A stretch of 64,000 nt of DNA from Octopus sinensis (Eukaryota), in assembly GCF_006345805.1 (NCBI RefSeq), contig NC_043009.1, positions 28,024,001 to 28,088,000 on the forward strand, written 5' to 3'. How positions within the stretch are numbered: the first letter of the stretch is position 1; each line of letters starts with the position of its first letter. This document shows, in pieces, positions 21,746-34,910 of this stretch. The notes beneath the pieces were generated by a model that was not told where the DNA came from, ran no database searches, and worked only from the letters and a program-made list of their open reading frames with translations. A program made the position numbers and the translations under genes.

Positions 21746-22718
21746 TGTTGTTATTATTATTGTTATTATTATTATATTATTATTATTATTATTCAGGTCA
21801 CTGCCTGTAATCGAACTCGGAATCTTGGAGTTAGTAGCCTGCGTTCTTAACCATATGCCCATGGGCAATTATGGAGTGAATTTTAGGGCTTATAAATCTA
21901 ATATTTTCTTATCCTTCCTTAATACTGGTTCCCAAATGCTATTCACATCTGCACTCGGTCTGCTTAGGAGGTTGTGTCCTAGCATATGTGCTGCTTCTTT
22001 TAGTTTACGTATTTTCCACTGGTGTTCTCTCTCTATTATTTTAACTTCAAATGTAAATAATGTAAATAATGTACTGGTCCCTATGAGCCTATGAGATTCA
22101 GAAATGATCTTTATCCAATCCCATCCCATCCTATAGAAGAATACACCCAAGATATGGTGTAGTGGAACTGAACCCAAGACCATGCAGATGCCATGCAAAT
22201 CTCTCAACTACACAGCTATACCTACATTATTTACATTTCAAACGTGCTTCAATTTTTTTAAGGTACCATAGATTTTTGTTGAATCAGGGTAGTTTATATA
22301 TCGCTACATGCATGGACATCTACATGAGGTTACTTACGTGCATGTATGACCAGTATGTGCATACCTTTGCACACACATTGAACATACATTGCACACATTA
22401 TGGAAACTACACACACACATACACAAATGCACATAAATGACGTGATGTTGTTTTACAACAAAGTTTTTGTTTTTCTAATCTAGTGGCCATCACCTGCAAA
22501 ATATATTCATAGTGACTGTGGAACAAATGAAAGAGCAATGTAATGCTTTCAAGCTTCAGAAATGTGAAACCTTTTGGTATTGTGAGGACAAACTTAGTAG
22601 TTAAACATACTACAAATGCATATGTTTGCAGATACACATACATACATACATACATACCTATGTATATATATGTATATATATATATATATATATAATTCTA
22701 TGTATATACAGATATATA

Positions 22719-22757
<39 letters not shown>

Positions 22758-22813
22758 CTGTATGTGCATATATATATTATATATATAGTTGTGTATATAT
22801 ATGTATGTATATA

Positions 22814-22863
<50 letters not shown>

Positions 22864-22873
22864 TATATAATAT

Positions 22874-22913
<40 letters not shown>

Positions 22914-23854
22914 ACACACATACATACACATACATACATACACATACATATATATATACACAATTATATATATATTTATATATATATATATACTTCTATA
23001 TGCGTGTGTGGTTTTTATTATAACATTATCTTCACTCTCCTGATGGAATTCTGTTCCACTTGTTGAAACCTTACCACATAATATACTTATAAAAACATAC
23101 ACAGACACAAATATATATGTATACATAGATATATAGATAGATATATTCGCGCATACATATGTATCAGGTTATGTAGGTAATATTACAACGTATTACCAAA
23201 GTGTTATAACCCCTTATAAAATGACCTGATACCAACATGACAGCACCGAAATCTCCATTTCAGAAACTCAGAGAGCTTTAGAATATATTTAGATATAATC
23301 AGTTCTAGTCATTTCTCTGTATATCTTAATACCTCTTTATTTTCCCTCATTCAGTATTCTGTGCCCTATTTTGCAAAACAGTTCACGAATCACCATTTGA
23401 TTACCGTTTACAGTCCATTTTATTATTCCTGAAACTTCTAAGGCTTTTAGTATATAGAATATAGAATATGGTGTACCAGTTAGATATCAGAAGAAGAGCT
23501 CATAACTCAGAAAAAAAAAGATACATAATTTAATAATATTTTTGCTTTTGGTCTAAACTGTAAGTTCTATATAGTAAAATACATGACCAAATTTTCTGCT
23601 GAGGGAATAACAAAAATAATAAATTCTGATCATATTAAATAATGTAAAATTCTGTCTGCGAATGATTACCTCGACCCCTTAACATTAAGATTATTCTGTC
23701 CAATGTAAAACAGTGAAGGCTTGATACAGTAGTTTATTTGTTCCTGGAGAATGGTCGTAAAATGAAAACTCATAAACAGAAAATAAAACTTATAAAACCG
23801 TGGAAAACAGGGATCTCATACCTTGTTAAGTTAGGGGTTACTCACCATCATCAT

Positions 23855-23990
23855 CATTGTCATTGTTTAACATCTGCTTTCCATGGTTGAATTGTTTAAT
23901 TGAAAACTGGCAAGCTGGGGAGTGGGGAGGGGGGCTGCACCAGGCTCCAATCTGATTTGGCAAGGTTTCTACAGCTGGATGTCCTTCCTG
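23855..23990 (-). mobile_element. RTE LINE 3' end
   Basis: catcatc..gtttaacatctgctttccatg..gcaccaggctccaatctgatttggc..ctacagctggatg. Confidence 0.75.
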
Positions 23991-24004
23991 TATTTCTATT
24001 TTGA

Positions 24005-24150
24005 TACACTCAACCCCAGGATTTATTCTTTGTAGGCCTAGTACTTATTCTATCAGTCTCTTTTGCTGAAACGCTAAGTTATGGGGAAGTAAATACACCA
24101 ACATTGGTGTCAAGCAATGGTGGGCGGGGGACAAACACAGACACATAAAT
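24005..24150 (-). mobile_element. SINE family B, 3' part
   Basis: accccaggatttattctttgtaggcctagtacttattctatcagtctcttttgc. Confidence 0.75.
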
Positions 24151-24494
24151 ATATACACACACACACACATATATATATATATAACATATGGCATGATTAT
24201 AAACAGGGCAAATTTTAGCCATTTCTCCACAGACTGAAAAAAATTGAACAAACTTAACTGATTTTTGAACCTTATTGGTTTCTCATCAGAGGCGTCCACA
24301 CCATTCTGACAGTCACCAGTGAAACAATCAGCCAAACTGTTTATATACTCAACAAATGCAGCAGTTACTCTATGAAGGAGCCCCTAATTTGCATACCGAA
24401 AGTATTTAACACTATAGATACCAGTGGCCTGTCAATAGGGATCTTAGTCCATGCAATATCAAGGTATGGTATAATAGATATGTATCACATTCTT

Positions 24495-25057
24495 TTAGTC
24501 TTTCATTTGTTTCAGTCATTTGACTGTGGACATGGTGAAGCACTGCCTTTAGTCAAGCAAACTGACTCCAGGACTTATTCTTTGTAGGCCTAGTACTCAT
24601 TCTATGGATCTTTTTTGCTGGACTGCTAAGTTATGGGGATGTAAACACACCAGCATCGGTTGTCAAGCAATGGTGGTGGGACAAACACAGACACACAAAC
24701 AAACACACACACATACATACACAAACACACGATGGTCTTCTTTCAGTTTCCATCTATCAAATCCACTCGCAATGCTTTGGTTGGACTGAGGCTATAGTAG
24801 AAGACACTTGCCCAAGATGCCACGCAGTGGGACTGAACCCAGAACCATGTGGTTGGGAAGCAAGTTACTTACCACGCAGCCACTCCTGCACCTATGTTAG
24901 GCTTCTTTCAGTTTCCATTTACAGATCCACTCACAATGCTTTGGTTGGCCTGAGGTTATAGTAGAAGACATTTGCCCACAATGCCAAGCAGTGGGACTGA
25001 ACGAGTAACCATGTGGTTGGGAAGCAAGCTTCTTACCACACAGCCACTCCTGCACCT
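24495..25057 (-). mobile_element. SINE family B, full copy (to about 24895) plus an adjacent second 5' half
   Basis: Two successive gaagacacttgccc..gggactgaac..accacacagccactcctgcacc heads. Confidence 0.85.
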
Positions 25058-25062
25058 ATATA

Positions 25063-25497
25063 TTGGTTTCACATTTTGGCACAAGGCCAGCAATATCAGG
25101 CAAGGGATTATGTTGGTTAATATGACCTCCAGTGTTCAGCTGGTACATATTTTATCGATCATGAAAGGATCAGAAGCAAAGTCACTATGGACGGAATTTG
25201 AACTCAAAATATAAAGCTGGAGAAAATGCCACTGCCCCAGCATGCTATTCTGCCAGCTCACTGTTCTTGTAATGCTTTGATATTGGTTTTAAATTTTTGC
25301 ACAAGGCCAGAAATGTTTGTGATGGGGGTAAATCGATTACTTCGACCCAGTACGTAACCAATATTTATTTTATCAACCCCGAAAGGATGAAAGTCAAAGC
25401 TGACCTCAGCAGGATTTGAACTCAGAACATAAAGATGAATGAAATGCTGCTAAGCATTTTGTCCAGTGTTCTAACGATTCTGCCAGTTCATTACCTT
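25063..25497 (-). mobile_element. Two tandem SINE family A copies (25063-25263 and 25283-25497)
   Basis: Both begin tattggttt..cacaaggccag and end tctgccag.tca. Confidence 0.8.
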
Positions 25498-25854
25498 GAT
25501 AATGCTTATGTATATAATGCCATTGTTCTGTATTAATCATGCCCTTTTTTTTAACTGGGAAATTTCGATAATGTGTTTGCTTAATTTCAGAATGACATTG
25601 TAGGGTAAGCGTGAGAAGCTGAATATGGCCAGCTTGAACGTAAAACAAGGTACAATATTTGGGCCTGACATGAGCTTGATATGGTTGGTTCATCATTAAT
25701 ATAACAAATGAAAATTTGCTCACCAAGACACAATTTTGGGGGTTAATGAAACACTTATCTATTTATATCCTGGTGTCACAGTATCCACCATCCACCAAAT
25801 TGTTAGATGGTATTATACATCACATCACAATGCATTTCATGTCAAGTGAGCAGG

Positions 25855-26030
25855 CCATCGTGCCGTCTGCTCAGAAGGCTATTCTATTGTAGGGGTTAGC
25901 CATGAGTGGACTGGTGCAACATGAAATGAAATGTTTTGTTTGTACAACATGCAACTGCTTTGAGAATCGAAACCATGATCCCACTATCATGAACACAACA
26001 CCTCTAACCACTGGGCTATGCCCCTTCACC
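25855..26030 (-). mobile_element. tRNA-type SINE (family C-like head)
   Basis: gagtggactggtgcaacatgaaatgaa..gagaatcgaaacc..ctaaccactgggc. Confidence 0.6.
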
Positions 26031-26708
26031 TCATTTAATATATGTCAATGATAACGCAGAACAAGGAATTAAAAAAAGAAAGAAAAAACTTAGGTTTTTT
26101 TTTATCTTAATTAAAAATCTAATCAAAACAAAATTATCTGTAGCATTCTTGCCAATATTTCAACATTCTATGATTAAATTCATAGAATATATTCTATTTT
26201 TAAATATATATTTGTACCTTGCATCGCAAATTATTGAAGAATTAAGTTTTACAAGTTTAACTGTGTTCCAAGTGTTTTAGAAAACTATTTTGGGTTATAT
26301 ACTACTTCCATTTTGCTTTGTATTTTCAACTGGTTCTGTCTAGGAGATCATCAGAAAAAAAATGAAAAATTAAAAAGTATAAATGTAAATTGGCTCTGAA
26401 AAAAAATAGACAAAAATAAAAACCTAAAATGCAATGAAGGCAAAACATGTGTAAAAAAAGAATTTTATGAATATTTTATAAAATTGTAAATAGTTTTTAT
26501 TTATTTTGTGTGGTTGTGTGGAAGTATAGAGACAGATAAGTTTCATTGATAGAGAAGGACAAGGAAGTGGGAGTGGGAGAGGGAAAATTATATATAGGTC
26601 GTGTGTATAAGTACATATATATATATATATATATACATATAGGTATCTGTTTTCTCTATCAAACATTAAATATATATACATATGTATATAAATATATACA
26701 TACATACA

Positions 26709-26742
<34 letters not shown>

Positions 26743-26774
26743 CATACATACATACACACATATATATATATATA

Positions 26775-27220
26775 CATCATCATCATCGTTTAACATCTGC
26801 TTTCCATGCTAGCATGGGTTGGACGATTTGACTGAGGACTGGTGAACCAGATGGCTGCACCAGGCTTCAATCTTGATCTGGCAGAGTTCCTACTGCTGGA
26901 TGCTCTTCCTAACATCAACCACTCAGAGAATGTAATGGGTGCATTTATGTGCCACCAGCATGGGTATCACAACTACAATTTCCATTTGATTTTTATTTTG
27001 ATGTTGATGTTGATGTACTTGACTCAATAGGTCTCCTCAAGCACAGCAGGTCACCCTACAATCCATGGTAAGCACAGCAGGTCATCCTACAATCCAAGGT
27101 ACTTGAATGGTCTATGGCTGGTTATCTGAAGCTGGTGTAGGTTATGCCGTGGACTCACTTTATTTGTTGGGTCTTTGTAATCACAGCATATCTCCAGAGA
27201 TTTCGGTCTTTCGTCATTGA
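26775..27220 (-). mobile_element. RTE-clade LINE, 5'-truncated, with ORF2 C-terminus, 3' UTR and (GAT)n tail
   Basis: Minus strand near 27160-27220 reads MTKDRNLWRYAVITKTQQIK*, an RTE-type C-terminus; internal 31-bp tandem duplicate at 27039-27100. Confidence 0.8.
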
Positions 27221-27260
27221 TATTTATATATATATATATACATATATATATATGTACACA

Positions 27261-27840
27261 CTAGCACGACACCTGTTGTTTATTGGATTGAAAAAAGCTG
27301 CCAAAATTGTACTATGAATATTGAAAGTTATTCACTTATATTGTATTGAACATATATAAGAAATGGTTGTTAACTTTCATGTAGACATTAGAACTGTTTC
27401 CTTCTGGCCAATATCATCATGGATGCATATAAACTTCTGATCTCTGTTCTATAGTATTTCAGTCTGTAAATGTAGCAAACATCACACAGGCTTTGGCTTA
27501 TGTCTAGTACAAGATAAGTAAATTAAAGTTCGGGGAAAACTAAAAACATATGTACTATAATTTATTGAACTTCAGTATTACAACAATCAAAAATACAAAT
27601 AACTTTGCTTAGACGAATAGAGTGTGATGTTGACAATATCAATTCAAAGTTATTAATCATCCTGCAAATTTTAGTTTGTTGATCCCATGCTAAAAACTTC
27701 CTTATATACAATGTTTTGGGTTGTACCAGGAGGGGCAAATATGAAAAGATTGTTCTTGCTCCCCACTCTGGATGTCCCAACATATAACTGACCGTGTGAG
27801 AAACAGTCCTCTTCTAATTGCAAACCAGCAACTTTCAAGG
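27261..27840 (-). mobile_element. Helitron 3' fragment: PIF1-like helicase C-terminus and CTAG terminus
   Basis: [50 protein letters not shown] matches the Helitron helicase C-terminal motif; minus strand ends gtcgtgCTAG followed by T at 27260. Confidence 0.85.
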
Positions 27841-27846
27841 TATGTA

Positions 27847-27890
<44 letters not shown>

Positions 27891-28079
27891 CATATATAGA
27901 TACATATGTATATATACATTCATACAAACATACATATATACATATACACACATATACACACATATACATATATATATATATACACACATACATACATGCC
28001 CACCCACTTATATATATATAGGATATATATATGAGGTAAGGAGGCTTCGAAAGGGGTCTCAGGGTGTAGTGTCCCTGCC

Positions 28080-28370
28080 TTCCTGAGCTAGTTTCCCACC
28101 ACATTTCTTAAAAATCATGGTAGAGGCCTTGGCCTCGGGACCACTCACGTCTAGAAACTGAGATTGGGGGTAAGCAAGGGCATGCTCCCTGAAGAAGATC
28201 CAGCTCCAAAAAGCTTCATGATAGCAAAGGAGAATGGGCACAAGCCAGCCCAAAGTTTGGGGTGGGCTGGACCTGCTTGCTTCAGTTGCTATGGCATTGA
28301 GGTGGATCTGACCACCTCATTAATGAGAACAAAACCCAGATTTAAAACACTGGATGATGATGATGATGAT
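28080..28370 (+). mobile_element. Probable RTE-related element ending in (GAT)n
   Basis: GC-rich island with gggtaagcaagggcatgctccctg and a gatgatgat tail; single copy, so classification is inference. Confidence 0.35.
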
Positions 28371-28374
28371 AAGA

Positions 28375-28520
28375 TCTGCTTCTTTCAGTTTCCGTCTACC
28401 GAATCCATTCACAGTGCATTGGCTGGGGACACTTGCCCAAGGCGTTCTGCAGTGGGACCGATCCCAGAACCATGTGGTTGGGAAGCAAGCATCTTATTCA
28501 CAGTGCCATGTCTTTGCCTT
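28375..28520 (-). mobile_element. SINE family B, 5' part
   Basis: ttctttcagtttccgtctacc..gacacttgcccaagg..ccatgtggttgggaagcaagc. Confidence 0.75.
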
Positions 28521-28883
28521 GGTCATTAATTCTAATTATCTTCCCCCACCGAAAAACAAAAAAGACAAAAAAAGAACATGGTAAGTTATTATTAATTTAT
28601 GCATTATTCTTTGTTTCACTAATTAGTAATGATTGATAGATATAATCTGTGAGATATGAAATTGGATAAATTAAGAGTAGAGGGGGAGGAGGGGAGGAGA
28701 AACATCAATAAGAATTGATGTGTTCCACTAATTAAAGTGAATATTTTTATAGCTAGACAAGTTAGTTGCGAGCAGGGTTGTGTGTGTGTGTGAGCATGTA
28801 CATACAAGTACATATGTGGGAGTGTGTAAGTATGTATATGCATATGAGTGTGTATAGTGTGTATATATATATAGACACACCCT

Positions 28884-28921
<38 letters not shown>

Positions 28922-29182
28922 CGTAAATATATGCATGTGTTTATGTATGTATATATATGTACATGTATGTGTATATATGAGCATATGTATGTATATGTGT
29001 GTGTGTGTGAGAATTCTCATGCCTATGTGGGTGCAAATATATGCACACATACGTGCACACACACATACACATACACACATGGCTGCTTCTATGACTAAGT
29101 AAATGATATGTGTGCATAATTATGTACATACAAATACACATATACACACGAATGAATTATATATGGGTGTGTGCATGTATGC

Positions 29183-29229
<47 letters not shown>

Positions 29230-29291
29230 GTGCTAGCGCGGAAAACAGACGTTAAACGATGATGATGATATATATGCTCACACACACACAC

Positions 29292-29338
<47 letters not shown>

Positions 29339-29340
29339 TG

Positions 29341-29417
<77 letters not shown>

Positions 29418-29764
29418 TGTATGTATGTATGTATGTATGTACATCTCATGCAAAGTATGTTTGTAATTGCTGCATGCATTAATATACACAGCTATCCTAC
29501 ACCCTGCAAAAAAATCTATAACTATTATACCAGGCTGTTTTTACTGAGCAAACATTTAACTTAGCAGATAATTACCAAGTTGTTAGTAGCCGGCATAATG
29601 AAGCAACTACCAAAATCCTTCTAATAATTGCTGCCCCCGCATACAAGAATATTGGTAACAAAGATATGTTGCAAAGTGTCCTTAGCAAACAGCAGAGTGG
29701 GATTTTTGTTGTTTTTGTTTCTTTGTATTTTGAATAATGAGTGACTAGAAAACCTTGAGTCACA

Positions 29765-29980
29765 AATAATGGTCCAATTCTTCACTTGTTTTAGACCCTG
29801 GGCTGCGACCATGCTGGAGTAACATGTTGAAGGATTTTGTGAAATTGGCTCCAGTGTTTACTAATTTCTTTTAAAGTTGCATACTATAGTAGAAGATACT
29901 TGCCTGAGGTGTCACACAGTGGGACTGAACCCGGAACCGTGTAGTTGGAATACAAGCTTCTTATCACATAACCATGCCTG
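29765..29980 (-). mobile_element. SINE family B fragments
   Basis: gcgaccatgctggag..; agaagatacttgcc..gggactgaacccggaacc. Confidence 0.65.
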
Positions 29981-29981
29981 C

Positions 29982-30017
<36 letters not shown>

Positions 30018-30215
30018 ATGTATACACACACGAATTTGAGTGAGTGGACAAATGAAAGAAAGAGGTGCTCATTGCATAGCCTTGTCACAGGGACTCAACT
30101 TGTCAGGCTCAAGTGTCTCAATCACCTGAGCCCAGTGCATTGGGTCCCTGTGATGAGCCTATAAAACTCTAATTTGCAGGGACCAAAATCAAAATATCTT
30201 AAATAATAATAATAG

Positions 30216-30276
<61 letters not shown>

Positions 30277-30292
30277 TAGTAGTAGTAATAAT

Positions 30293-30528
30293 AATTCCTA
30301 TCATAATAGGTGCAAAACTATTCAGACAAATACATAACAAAAACACCAGGACTAACAAGTATATATAGCATACAGAAAATATCAATACTAGGCACTGCAC
30401 ACCTATATAAAACACTTTCAATACCGTGAAAATAAGAGCACCACAACAAACCACAACACATACCCAAGGCACACAGAGCAGCACTCGGTAGTACAGTAAA
30501 AGCACGTGATACAAATAAGACAACTGAG
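30293..30528 (+). mobile_element. R4/Dong-type LINE 3' end
   Basis: taattcctatcataataggtgc..atacccaaggcacacagagc; (TAA)n on both sides. Confidence 0.85.
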
Positions 30529-31044
30529 TAATAATAATAATAATCCTTTCTGCTAAAAGCATGAAGCCAGAAATTTTGGGGAGGTGGATATTCCATTACC
30601 TTGACCCCAGTCTGCCACTGGTATTTATTTCATAACGGTTTCTGATTCAGGCCCAAGGTAACTGGTGTTGGTTTGTTTATCATTCATATTCCCATAACTT
30701 AGTGGTTCACCAAAAGACTCTAATAAAATAAGTAACAGAATTCAAAAATAAATTACTGAGGTTAGTTTGTTTGATTAAACACTTAATGGCTGTGGCCCCA
30801 GCATGGCCACAGTCCATTGACTGAAACAAATAAATGAAAAAAAAAAGTGCCGCTGTTTAAAATGAGATTTTCTTTTTCCTGCTCTGATTTACCTGAAATC
30901 ACATATTGTTTTTGATTAAAGATTGATAAAGAAAATCAATCACTCAGTCAATCAGCAAAACATTTATCACAGCTGACTAACAAAGCCTTCATAGTTAAGA
31001 TGGATTTTCTGGTAGTAGAATATGCCAGTCTATAATGGTTATGT

Positions 31045-31486
31045 TGTTATGTTCAAATTCCACCAAGGTCTACTTTTGCCTTTCATCCTTTCGGGGTCGA
31101 TTAAACAAGTACCAGTTATGCACTGGAGTCGATGTAATCGACTTAATCCCTTTGTCTGTCCTTGTTTGTCCCGTCTATATTTATCCCACTGTGGGCAATA
31201 AGGAAACGAATATTTAGACAGATGTATTTTAATCAAAGATGCAGCAACAGGAAGTTTTGCCATTCATTTTTTAGGAATTGATGAAATAAGTACCAGTTGA
31301 CTGCTGGTGTGCATGTAATCAAATCACACCCTCCCTAAAATTGCAGGCCTTGTGCCAAGATTTGAAACCAATATCATCATTATTATTACGTACAATTTTT
31401 GTTTTGTACTGTGCTGTCCATAATGTTTTTCTTCATGAAAACCCTTGCAGTTAATAAAGAAATCATTATTATTATTATTATTATTA

Positions 31487-31527
<41 letters not shown>

Positions 31528-32085
31528 CATCATCATCATCATCATTATCATCATTATTATTAAGGTGGTGATCTGGTAGAATCATTAGCCTGCCTGATGA
31601 AATGATTAGTGATATTTCATCTGTCCTCATGCTCTGAGTTCAAATTCCGCTGAGGTTGACTTTGCCTTTCATCTTTTTGGGGTCAGTAAATTAAATACCT
31701 GTGAAACACTGGAGATGATTACATCGACTTGTCCCCTTCCCCAAAGTGGCTGCCCTTGTGACAAAATTTGAAAACATTATTATTATCATTATTATTATTA
31801 TTATTTTCATTTTCATTATTATATCATTATTATTATTATCATTATCATTATTTCTGTTGTTATTATTATTATGGCAGTGAGCTGGTAGAATCATTAGCAT
31901 GCCGGGTAAAATGCTTTGTGGTATTTCGTCCATCTTCACATTCAGAGTTCAAATTCTGTCGAGGTTGACTTTGCCTTTCATCCTTTCAGGGTTGATGAAA
32001 TAAGTACCAGTAAAACACTGGAGTCGATATAATCGACTGGTCCCTTCCCACAAAATTTCAGGTCTTGTACCTCTAGTAGAAAAGA
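31045..32085 (+). mobile_element. Cluster of four same-strand SINE family A copies (about 31045-31205, 31278-31372, 31561-31775, 31872-32085) separated by (TTA)/(CAT) tracts
   Basis: Repeated gagttcaaattc..gactttgcctttcatc.ttt core. Confidence 0.8.
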
Positions 32086-32459
32086 GTATTATTATTTTTA
32101 TTATTAGTATTTAATTCAGTAGTCCCATGTCAGTTTTTCCCTTCTTTATTCCTTATTTAACAGGTTTCAAATTTATAGGAAGCTTGTGTGATTGTTCCCA
32201 AATCCTCTCAAACCAAAATATAAATAATCCCACAGAAATTTATAGAAAATGTTAAATTTTCCACTGAACTCTGTCACCGTTTTGCACTGACCAACTTTAA
32301 ACGTGAGTTTCAGATATAATAGTTATTGACTTGGGAGTTTATCAGGCTGACATTTTGCAGGAACACCTAAACTGACATTAGAGACAGACAAACTAAGCAG
32401 TCAGCTTCACTTCTGCCTGACTTTTTGTGTTTTTAGCAGCACTCATTGCCTTCAACACA

Positions 32460-32500
<41 letters not shown>

Positions 32501-32628
32501 GTAAAAATAATTACAGACATGGACAAGAACATGAAACACCAAAGAGACGACACAAGAACCACAGGACGGGACATTCGAAGCCCTCAGTCATCAGTCAAGA
32601 ACCAGATCATCTTAGCAATTTTGGCTGA

Positions 32629-32683
<55 letters not shown>

Positions 32684-32814
32684 CATATACATACACACAC
32701 ATACCTATATACACACACACACGCACACACAGACACACATACCTATATATATGTATGTATGTATATATATATATATATTATATATATATATATATTATAT
32801 ACATGTGTGTGTGC

Positions 32815-33195
32815 TGTCATGGCTGTGTGGTAAGAAGCTTGTTTCTCAATCACATGGTTCTGGGTTCAGTCCCACTGCATGGCATCTTGGGCAAGTGTCT
32901 TCTACTATAGCCTAGGGCCATATATATATATATATATATGTGTGTGTATATATAAATATGTGTGTGTGTGTGTCTTTGTGTCTGTGTTTGTTCCCTTGCC
33001 ACCACTTGACAACTGTTGGTGTGTTTATGCCCCCGTAACTTAACAGTTCAGCAAAAGGGACTGATAGAATAAGTACTAGGCTTACAAAAAATAAGTCCTC
33101 AGGGTTGATTTCTTCGACTAAAACCCTTTGAGATGGTGCTCCAGCATGGCCACAGCCAAACAGCTGAAACAAGTAAAGAAAGAAAAAAATAAAAG
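32815..33195 (+). mobile_element. SINE family B, full length
   Basis: catggctgtgtggtaagaagc head through ggtgctccagcatggccacag tail. Confidence 0.85.
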
Positions 33196-33837
33196 ATATG
33201 TATGTGTGTGTATATACATATTTGAGATATATACGTATTATACACACACATGCACACACACTGATTGTAGTTCACTTCTAAACAGAAAACATACATGAAT
33301 GCAGGTACATGATGAGATGATGTACCAAAAAAGAAAGGAAAAGACAATAACAAAAAAGCAAGACAGATCTTACTGCAAAATAATATTGCTGTACAACAAC
33401 AGAAACAAATCTTGTAAATTCACATATTTTAAGGCCCCATGGTGAAGCTAAAAATATATCTGATCAGAGGATGATGAGTGATAATTGGTGAATGATAATT
33501 CTTGTGAATAATTAGGAACAAATCAAAGAATGAGAAGAAAATAAGATAAAACATAAATAAGAAATTAAATGAAGAAAGAAGTAATGAAGGGGGTGGGAAA
33601 TGAGGTACATGTGTGTGTGTGGTGGAGTAAATAATTTGTTTGTTGGACAATTGCTGAAAAAAATAGTATTATGGTTGATTAAAAGCGATAGGATATAATA
33701 GGAGAGGAAATTAAAGAATTAAAGATTAGGTTTGCTTGGATGACTGACCTTGGAAAATGTGTGTTGATTAAACAGACTCTGCTCACATTAGCTAAGTCAA
33801 TTAAATAAAGCATCTTTTGCTAAACATGTTAATTGAG

Positions 33838-33866
33838 GTGTGCGTGCGTTTGTGTGTGTCTATGTG

Positions 33867-33911
<45 letters not shown>

Positions 33912-34130
33912 ATGTGTATGTGTGTGTAATTGTGTGTGTGTATGTATGTGCATGTATGTGCGTTTGTGTGTGTATGTGTGTGTGGATATATGCTTGTGTT
34001 TGTGTGTTTTTGTGTGTGTGTCAGCATGTGTATGTATATGTGAGTGTGTGTTTGTGAGAGTGTGTGTGTATGTATGTGTGTGTATGTGTGTATCTGTGTG
34101 TGTGTGTTTGCGTGTGTATGTGTGTGTGTT
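33838..34130. repeat. Degenerate (TG)n tract
   Basis: Direct reading. Confidence 0.95.
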
Positions 34131-34282
34131 GGTGACAGAATTAATACAACTAATTCCTTTATTAAAAAGAGATTTGAATAAATGAAATAAAGAAAACACA
34201 AACGAGAAAAATAAAAACAACAAAAACAAAAAAAACAAATAAGCAGAGAGATTCAAAAGATTTTTGTTCAATACAAAAATAT

Positions 34283-34460
34283 TGGTTTCAAATTTTGGCA
34301 CCAAGCCAGAAATTTCTGGGGAGGGTCTTGTCGATGTACATTGACCCTAGTACACAACTTATTTTAGCAAGCCCTGAGAGGATGAAAGGCAAAGTCCAGC
34401 TTCAATGGAATTTGAACTCAGAACATAAAGATAGATGAGAAGCTAATAAGTATTATGCCC
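34283..34460 (-). mobile_element. SINE family A, partial
   Basis: ggatgaaaggcaaagtcc..gaatttgaactcagaacataaag. Confidence 0.7.
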
Positions 34461-34464
34461 AGTG

Positions 34465-34698
34465 TTCCTTTATTTCAGTCATTCTGACTGTGGCCATGCT
34501 GGAGCACAACCTTTTAGTCAAACAAATCGACCCCATTACTTATTCTTTGTAAGCTTGGTACTTATTCCATTGGTCTTTTTTGCCAAACCGTTAAGTTACA
34601 GGGACATAAACACACCAAGATCGGTTTCCAAGCGATGCTGGATGGACAAACATAGACACACAAATACATATATATATATATAAATACGCACACGCACG

Positions 34699-34736
<38 letters not shown>

Positions 34737-34910
34737 TATATATATACAAGAGGCTTCTTTCAGTTTCCGTCTTCTAAATCCACTCACAAGGCCTTAGTCA
34801 GCCTGAGGTTATAGTACAAGACACTTGCCCAAGGTGCCAAACTGTGGAACTGAACCTGGAACCATGTGGTTGGGAAACAAGGCTTCTTACCACACAGCCA
34901 TACCTGCGCC
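34465..34910 (-). mobile_element. SINE family B, full length
   Basis: Tail through cacacagccatacctgcgcc head. Confidence 0.85.

Larger units (their letters stand above)
20205..22074 (-). mobile_element. Penelope-like element, 5'-truncated: GIY-YIG C-terminus plus terminal repeat, split by nested insertions
   Basis: 21890-22048 reads EVKIIEREHQWKIRKLKEAAHMLGHNLLSRPSADVNSIWEPVLRKDKKILDL*, typical of PLE GIY-YIG C-termini. It is followed by a tRNA-like block (21796-21860); the rest of the repeat lies at 20205-20380. Confidence 0.8.

Noticed and set aside
21796-21860. Possible genuine tRNA gene (also at about 36920-36990 and 61328-61420, and SINE heads throughout)
   Set aside because: Acceptor and T stems are imperfect, the ACT anticodon is not standard in eukaryotes, and every copy is embedded in a repeat family; treated as tRNA-derived.
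24190-24340. DCFTGDCQNGVDASDE, reminiscent of an LDL-receptor class A SDE motif; also CTGATGAGAAAC, resembling a hammerhead core
   Set aside because: Cysteine spacing does not fit LDLa, the donor is weak, and the hammerhead-like words lack stem II.
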